A DNA stretch of 64,000 nucleotides from NCBI GenBank assembly GCA_964016885.1, contig OZ024742.1, positions 30,752,001-30,816,000 of the forward strand, written 5' to 3'. Of the stretch, positions 58,822 to 64,000 are shown piece by piece (the stretch's first letter is position 1; every line of letters begins with the position of its first letter). The DNA is from Eledone cirrhosa. Lineage: Eukaryota. Both the position numbers and the translations under genes were made by a program. The notes beneath the pieces are model-generated. The model did not search any database and was not told the origin of the DNA. It was given only the letters and a program-made list of their open reading frames with translations.

Positions 58822-60363
58822 CATCATCATCATCATCATCAACGTTTAACGTCCGTGTTCCACGCTTGCATGGGTTTGGACGGGGGTAGTCCCACTTGAG
58901 GCAAGAGTGATTGTCTTGCTCGCATAGGACTGTCTGGCAGGTTTTCTACAGTTGGATGCCCTTCCTAACACCAACCACATTTACAGTGTGGGTCTGGGAG
59001 GTTTTTACCGTGTTGCCTACACATTACAGCGTGGCCTGTGTGTTTTTTTGTCGTGACACCTACACGATCTCATTTGTTTCGGCCTGGATGGTGTGGCACC
59101 AACATAACTTTACATAGAACGGGGTGGTGTGGATGGGGTGGGGGTGGTGGGACGGGGTATTTTGTTAGAGATGCCTACTGGCTGTAGTAGGTTTTACTAT
59201 GTATTTAGGTAAGGCGGGTCTTCTCTGTTACTGAGTACCGCCAAAGGTCTCGGTCCAGTGACATTGTCTTGGAGAGGTGTAAGTGTGTGAGGTCGGAGTT
59301 TATCAGCTCGTCCCAGGTTTTTCTAGGTCTGCCTATTCCGTGGCTACCGTCTATCTTTATTGCCCTGCACTTAGTTATACAGCTATCGACTTTCATGCGC
59401 ATCACGTGTCCATACCAACGTAGCCTTCTCTCGAGTAAACAACATCTGATCCCTCTTATTTCTAATTTTTTCCTTAGTTCGTTTATGCTTTGCCGTTCAC
59501 GTATATTACTGTTACACATCCAGCGGAGCATGCAAGCTTCGTTCCTCTCTAGTCTGCGTATATCCTCTGCACACAATGCCCAGGTCTCACTGCCATGCAA
59601 CATTGCTGTTCGTATGCAGGCATCGTACAACCTGCCTTTCATTTTTAGGGAGAACCCTTTAGCAGCTAATAGTGGTATAAGCTCTCTGAACTTTTTCCAA
59701 CCAGTTCTGACTCTAGCTACTGTACTTTCAGAGCACCCTCCCCCACTGCTGATTTTATCACCCAGGTAACGGAAACTGTCCACTATTTCTATAGAACCCT
59801 CTGCGCAATTGAAAGAGCTAGTATTTTGTGGGCACTTGCTGCTACTTATTGCACCGGAGCACCGGCCACATGTAAAATCTATGTTCTTAGTTAGCTTACC
59901 TGTGATCCCACTACATCTTTTATGCACCCATACTTTGCATTTAGGACATAAAATGGAGTTTCTACCTACGCCTTTCCTACACACCGAGCACGACCATTTC
60001 CCGGAAGGGACCGCCTCCTTATTTTCTTTCCTACAAACTAGAACTTTAGTCTTAGCCAGGTTAATTTTAAGGCCTTTTGATTCTAGGCCGTGCTTCCATG
60101 TTTGGAATTTCTTCTCTAGCTCGGCCATTGATTCCGCTATGAGTGTCAGGTCGTCTGCGTATAGGAGTTCCCATGGGCAGCCGGTCTTGAACTCCTCTGT
60201 TATAGCCTGAAGGGCAATAATAAATAGTAGGGGGCTGAGAACAGAGCCCTGATGGACGCCAACTTTTACGCTAAACTCTTCACTATATTCGTTGTTAATT
60301 CTAACCTTGCTGACTGTTTCTTTATACATGGCTTGTATAGCTCTCACAAGCCATTCGTCAACG

Positions 60364-60366
<3 letters not shown>
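58822..60366 (-). mobile_element. 5'-truncated RTE-clade LINE (copy B2)
   Basis: Intact RT core to stop, 3' UTR homologous to B1/B3, (GAT)n tail, and (TA)n on both flanks. Confidence 0.95.
59205..60365 (-). CDS. RTE LINE reverse transcriptase (5'-truncated, ~386 aa) with embedded PHD-type zinc finger
   Basis: GVHQGSVLSP, LLYADD, GLKINLAKTK, CSVC..CPKC..HKRC..CGRC (C4HC3), FRYLG, RLRWYGH. The first 35 aa of the ORF-track call are microsatellite. Confidence 0.92.
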
Positions 60367-60429
<63 letters not shown>

Positions 60430-60430
60430 T
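60366..60430. repeat. (TA)n(TG)n microsatellite
   Basis: Direct reading. Confidence 0.97.
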
Positions 60431-60571
60431 TATAATCATCATCATCATCATTTAACATCCATTTTTCCATGCTTGCCTGGATTAGTTAGGTTGTCATGAA
60501 ACAAGTCAAGTCACGTGATCCACAACTTGCTCATACGGATCTGTATTTGGTTTGGATCTCTTTCTAACTCC

Positions 60572-61100
60572 AACCACATTAGTGTAGACTAGATGCTTTT
60601 CATCATGGTAACAAAACAACCCTCTAACAGGGTGGACAGGGTGTTTTTTCATCATGTCACTAGCATGACCACCTTACAAGTTGGACTGGCCACTTTTTGT
60701 TGTGTCACCAGCACAACCTCCTTACAGGAGGGGACTGGGTGCTTGGTTTTTGTCATGTCACCAATATGGACTACCTTACAAGGTGGATTGGGTGCTTATT
60801 TTTTTCTCATGTCACCAACACAACTACTATTCAAGGTTGACTGAGAGGTTCTTGTGTCATCAACACAACCACCATACAGGGTGGACTGGATGCTTTTTTT
60901 CTTGCGTCACCAATACAACTACTTTACCAAGTGGACTGGGTGCTTTTATCTTGTGTCACCATGACCACTGCACAGGGTGAACTGAGAGCTTCTTGTGTCA
61001 CCAGCGGAACCACCTTTCAAGAAGGAACTGGGGGATTTTGTTGTTGTGGCACCAGACCACCATTCAGGGTGGACTTCATACTTTTTTGTTGTGGCAGCAC
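60572..61100. repeat. Degenerate ~48-bp minisatellite (~11 copies) in the 3' UTR of copy C
   Basis: Units of 43-55 bp with approximate consensus AACCACCTTACAGGGTGGACTGGGTGCTTTTTTCTTGTGTCACCAGCAC. Confidence 0.85.
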
Positions 61101-61247
61101 CATCATGAAGGAGTGAATGGGGAGTGTGTTCAGCCTTCTATGCATGGGTTGGACAAAAGAGGTGTATCAGGAGTGAGGAAGATGAGGGGACAAAGTATGC
61201 AAGTTGGACATGGGTGAGGTGAGAGAGCAGGGTACTAAGCCAATGAA

Positions 61248-61266
61248 GGGGGGGGGGGGGGGGGGG
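61248..61266. repeat. Poly-G (19 nt)
   Basis: Direct reading. Confidence 0.95.
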
Positions 61267-62180
61267 AATTGGCGAGAGGTAGGGAGAAGATTGATGCTAA
61301 CTTGTGTCCTCTACATGGGGAAGTGGATCTTCTGCAGCACATCATAACACCAGAGATTTCAATCCTGTGTCATCTCCTTTGAGAGGCTTAACTGTACTAA
61401 GTCAGCTTCTATCACTTTATCCCAAGCTTTCCTAGTTCTTCCTCTTCCATAGTTTCCATCAACTTTGAGTGCCTTACACCTTTTTATACTGCTGTCATCC
61501 TCCATATACATCATATCTCCATACCACCACAATCTCTTCTCCTGCACACTGCATCTGATGTATGACTGGACCCTCTGTTGGATCCACTTGGAGCAGACAA
61601 TCTTCCTCCCATGCTATCTCCTCATTCAACTATCTTTTATAATGGCATTTCCATGCTACTTTCTTTTCAGAATCCATGAGGACAAATGCACCATTATCAG
61701 ATGTACTTCTCCCCAACATCACAATTTTCCTGAGCATCTCATTCTTTAGTCCTCACTTCAAAAAAAATGTCTGACTCTTGGCCTTAATAGTTTCATCCAC
61801 CGTACTATTCCACCACCAAGTTACTCTCCTTCTCTCTGCTCCAGTCACTCTTTTGTGGCCTTCAGTAGATTATCTCTTAGGAACTCCTATATATTTCTTC
61901 CTTACTATCAAAATTATCAAGCAAAATACCTCTAAATTTGTTACAGGCTGAGAGCTCCTTTAACTTCCATATCCTTCTTCTCCAGGTTGCCCTCTGTCTC
62001 CAAGTTAATCTAGCCTTAACTATAAAGTCGCTGACTATCAAGTTATGTTGGGAGGTGTATTCTTCCACAGAAAGGGGGCTTTGTGTTTACAACCATCACT
62101 GTATCTTGTCTTCTGGTGAGGATAAAACCTATTTGGCTGGTAAACAAACATATGTGAGAAGCTGCTGTCCCCCATATATA

Positions 62181-63103
62181 TCATCATCATTTAACGTCCA
62201 TTTTCCACGCTAGCATGGGTCTGGACGGGAATTGTCCCACTTGAGGCAAGATTGGTTGTCTTGCTCAGGACTGTCTGGCGGGTTTTCTACGGCTGGATGC
62301 CCTTCCTAACACCAACCACGTTTACAGTGTGGACTCGGAGGTTTTTACCGTGTTACCTACACGGCCACATTACAGCGTGGACTGTGTGTTTTTTTGTTGT
62401 GACACCTACACGACCTCATTTATTTAGGACTGAATGTTGTGGTACCAACATAGCTTTACATCGAAAGGGATGGTGTAGATGGCGGTGGGGGTAGGGTTAG
62501 TGGAACGGGGGTGTATTTTGGTTAAGAGGTGCCTACTGACTGTAGGTTTCGCTTTGTACTTAGGCAAGGCGGGTCTTCTGTATTACTACGTAGCGCCAAA
62601 GATCTCGGTCCAGTGACATTGTCTTGGAGAGGTGTAAGTGTGTGAGGTCGGATTTTATCAAGTCGTCCCAGATTTTTCTGGGTCTGCCTACTCCATAGCT
62701 ACCGTCTATTTTGATCGCCCTGCACTTTTTTATACAGCTGTCATCTTTCATGCGCATCACGTGACCATACCAATGTAGTCTTCTCTCGAGTAAACAGCAT
62801 CTGATCCCTCTTATTCCTAATTTCTCACTTAGTTCATTTATGCTTTGCCGTTCGCGTATATTACTATTAAACATCCAACGGAGCATGCAAGCTTCGTTCC
62901 TCTCCAGTCTGCGTAGATCCTCTGCACACAAGGCCCATGTCTCACTGCCATGTAACATTGCTGTTCGTATGCAGGCATCATACAGCCTGTCTTTTATTTT
63001 TAGAGAGAAACCTTTAGCGGCCAATAGTGGTATAAGCTCTCTGAACTTTTTCCATCCCGTTCGGACTCTAGTTACAGTACTTTCAGAGCACCCTCCACCA
63101 CTG

Positions 63104-63108
<5 letters not shown>
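62181..63108 (-). mobile_element. 5'-truncated RTE-clade LINE (copy B3)
   Basis: Open frame 62560-63108 (ISSGGGCSES...QKTRLA*) very similar to B2, shared 3' UTR, (GAT)n tail, and (TA)n on both flanks. Confidence 0.93.

Positions 63109-63145
<37 letters not shown>
63107..63145. repeat. (TA)n microsatellite
   Basis: Direct reading. Confidence 0.97.
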
Positions 63146-63149
<4 letters not shown>

Positions 63150-63431
63150 AAAATCATCATTTAAGCATCAGTTTTTTTTCATGTATTTTAAACCTGCAAA
63201 GTCCAAGTTTTGGGTTTTAAAGAGAGGGAAGGTGTCTAACAATTTCTGCTTCAAGGTGGGGGACGATCAAATCTGACCAGTAACAGAAAACCAGTGAGTT
63301 GTCTTGAGGTCTTCAACTGCAGTCCGAGGGACTTACACTCTACCAGAGAGTAATCAATGTTGACCTGGAGGGAGGGTTAAGGGCTGTGGATAGGTCTGGG
63401 CTCTTGGAAAGTTTGGGTCTACGAACATGAG

Positions 63432-63610
63432 ATCATCATCACTGTTTTACATCCGTTCTTCCATGTTAGCATGGGTTAGACGGGTTGTCCTGTTGTGGGC
63501 AGTGCCTGGTCGGCTGACCTTGTCTTGCTCATACGAGAACTGATTCTGGCTTGATTTCAACAGTTTGATGCCCTTCCTAACACCAACCTCATTTTTGCCG
63601 TGGCATCTGC
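63432..63610 (-). mobile_element. Short RTE-related 3' fragment
   Basis: CATCATCA tail, TTCCATGTTAGCATGGGTTAGAC end and GATGCCCTTCCTAACACCAACC motif shared with the B1-B3 3' UTRs. Confidence 0.75.
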
Positions 63611-63651
63611 ACAACCACTTTGCAGTGGAATGATAGGGACCCCAGTCCTAT

Positions 63652-63798
63652 CATCTCATTTCTATAGCTGAGTAAACTGGAGCAATGTGAAATAAAGTGT
63701 CTTGCTCAAGGAAACAACACATCACCTGGTCCGAGAATTGAACTCCATAACCTTTCAATTGCAAACCCAATGCTCTAACCACAAAGCCATGTGTCTTC
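63652..63798 (-). mobile_element. tRNA-derived SINE (5' part)
   Basis: Reverse strand reads TGGCTTTGTGG (A box), GTTCAATTC (B box) and TCCTTGAGCAAGACACTT; homologous to the SINE at 58,455. Confidence 0.82.
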
Positions 63799-63854
63799 AT
63801 ACTCCCAAGAATCCTCAAGTACCTACAGATCTATTAAGTCCACTTAGCTGTAGT

Positions 63855-64000
63855 GGAGCCACGTGGCCTAATGGTAAGTGTTTTGGACTTATGATCATAA
63901 TGTTGTGGGTTCAATTCCTGGACTAGGTTGTATGTTGTGTTCTTGAGCAAAACACTTCATTTCATGTTAGTACCAGCTGTAGCTGGAGGTTTAACCCTGC
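63855..64000 (+). mobile_element. tRNA-derived SINE (5' part, may continue past window)
   Basis: TGGCCTAATGG (A box), GGTTCAATTCC (B box), TGTGTTCTTGAGCAAAACACTT. Confidence 0.82.

Larger units (their letters stand above)
60435..62165 (-). mobile_element. Old, internally deleted RTE-clade LINE (copy C)
   Basis: (GAT)n tail and degenerate 3' end at 60,435-60,480. C-terminal peptide EKRLWWYGD...GRGRTRKAWD (61359-61547). APE-end peptide SQHNLIVSDF...RRIWKLK (61877-62068). Collinear with B1 apart from large deletions. Confidence 0.8.

Noticed and set aside
60593-61217. Overlapping Cys/Thr-rich ORFs
   Set aside because: They are products of the degenerate minisatellite in a LINE UTR.
54211-63220. 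ORFs antisense to the RTE frames (e.g. 54219-54767, 59269-59769, 59809-60210, 62840-63220)
   Set aside because: Shadow frames of LINE coding sequence with no independent motifs.

Overview
Eukaryotic non-genic-looking DNA; the SINE/LINE families resemble cephalopod (Octopus-like) repeats, which is my recognition and not a database result. Bases 1 to ~51,480 are one uninterrupted tandem array of ~1,975 copies of a 26-bp monomer (CAGTCCTAA[C/G]TTGGTGT[A/G]GTCTCTCT), continuing off the left edge. Monomer variants show nested higher-order periods of ~1.07-1.2 kb, 5.3-8.4 kb and 14,162 bp. The monomer reads like a 3' splice site (CTAAC branch motif, pyrimidine tract, CAG), and the right edge keeps a longer precursor-like unit ending in a good acceptor. 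The last 12.4 kb are a nest of mobile elements: two MITEs, four tRNA-derived SINEs, a CR1-type fragment, and several RTE-clade LINE copies. The RTEs carry a PHD finger inside the RT region and sit mostly in (TA)n or (CAT)n microsatellites. No host protein-coding gene, rRNA, true tRNA or CRISPR array is supported.
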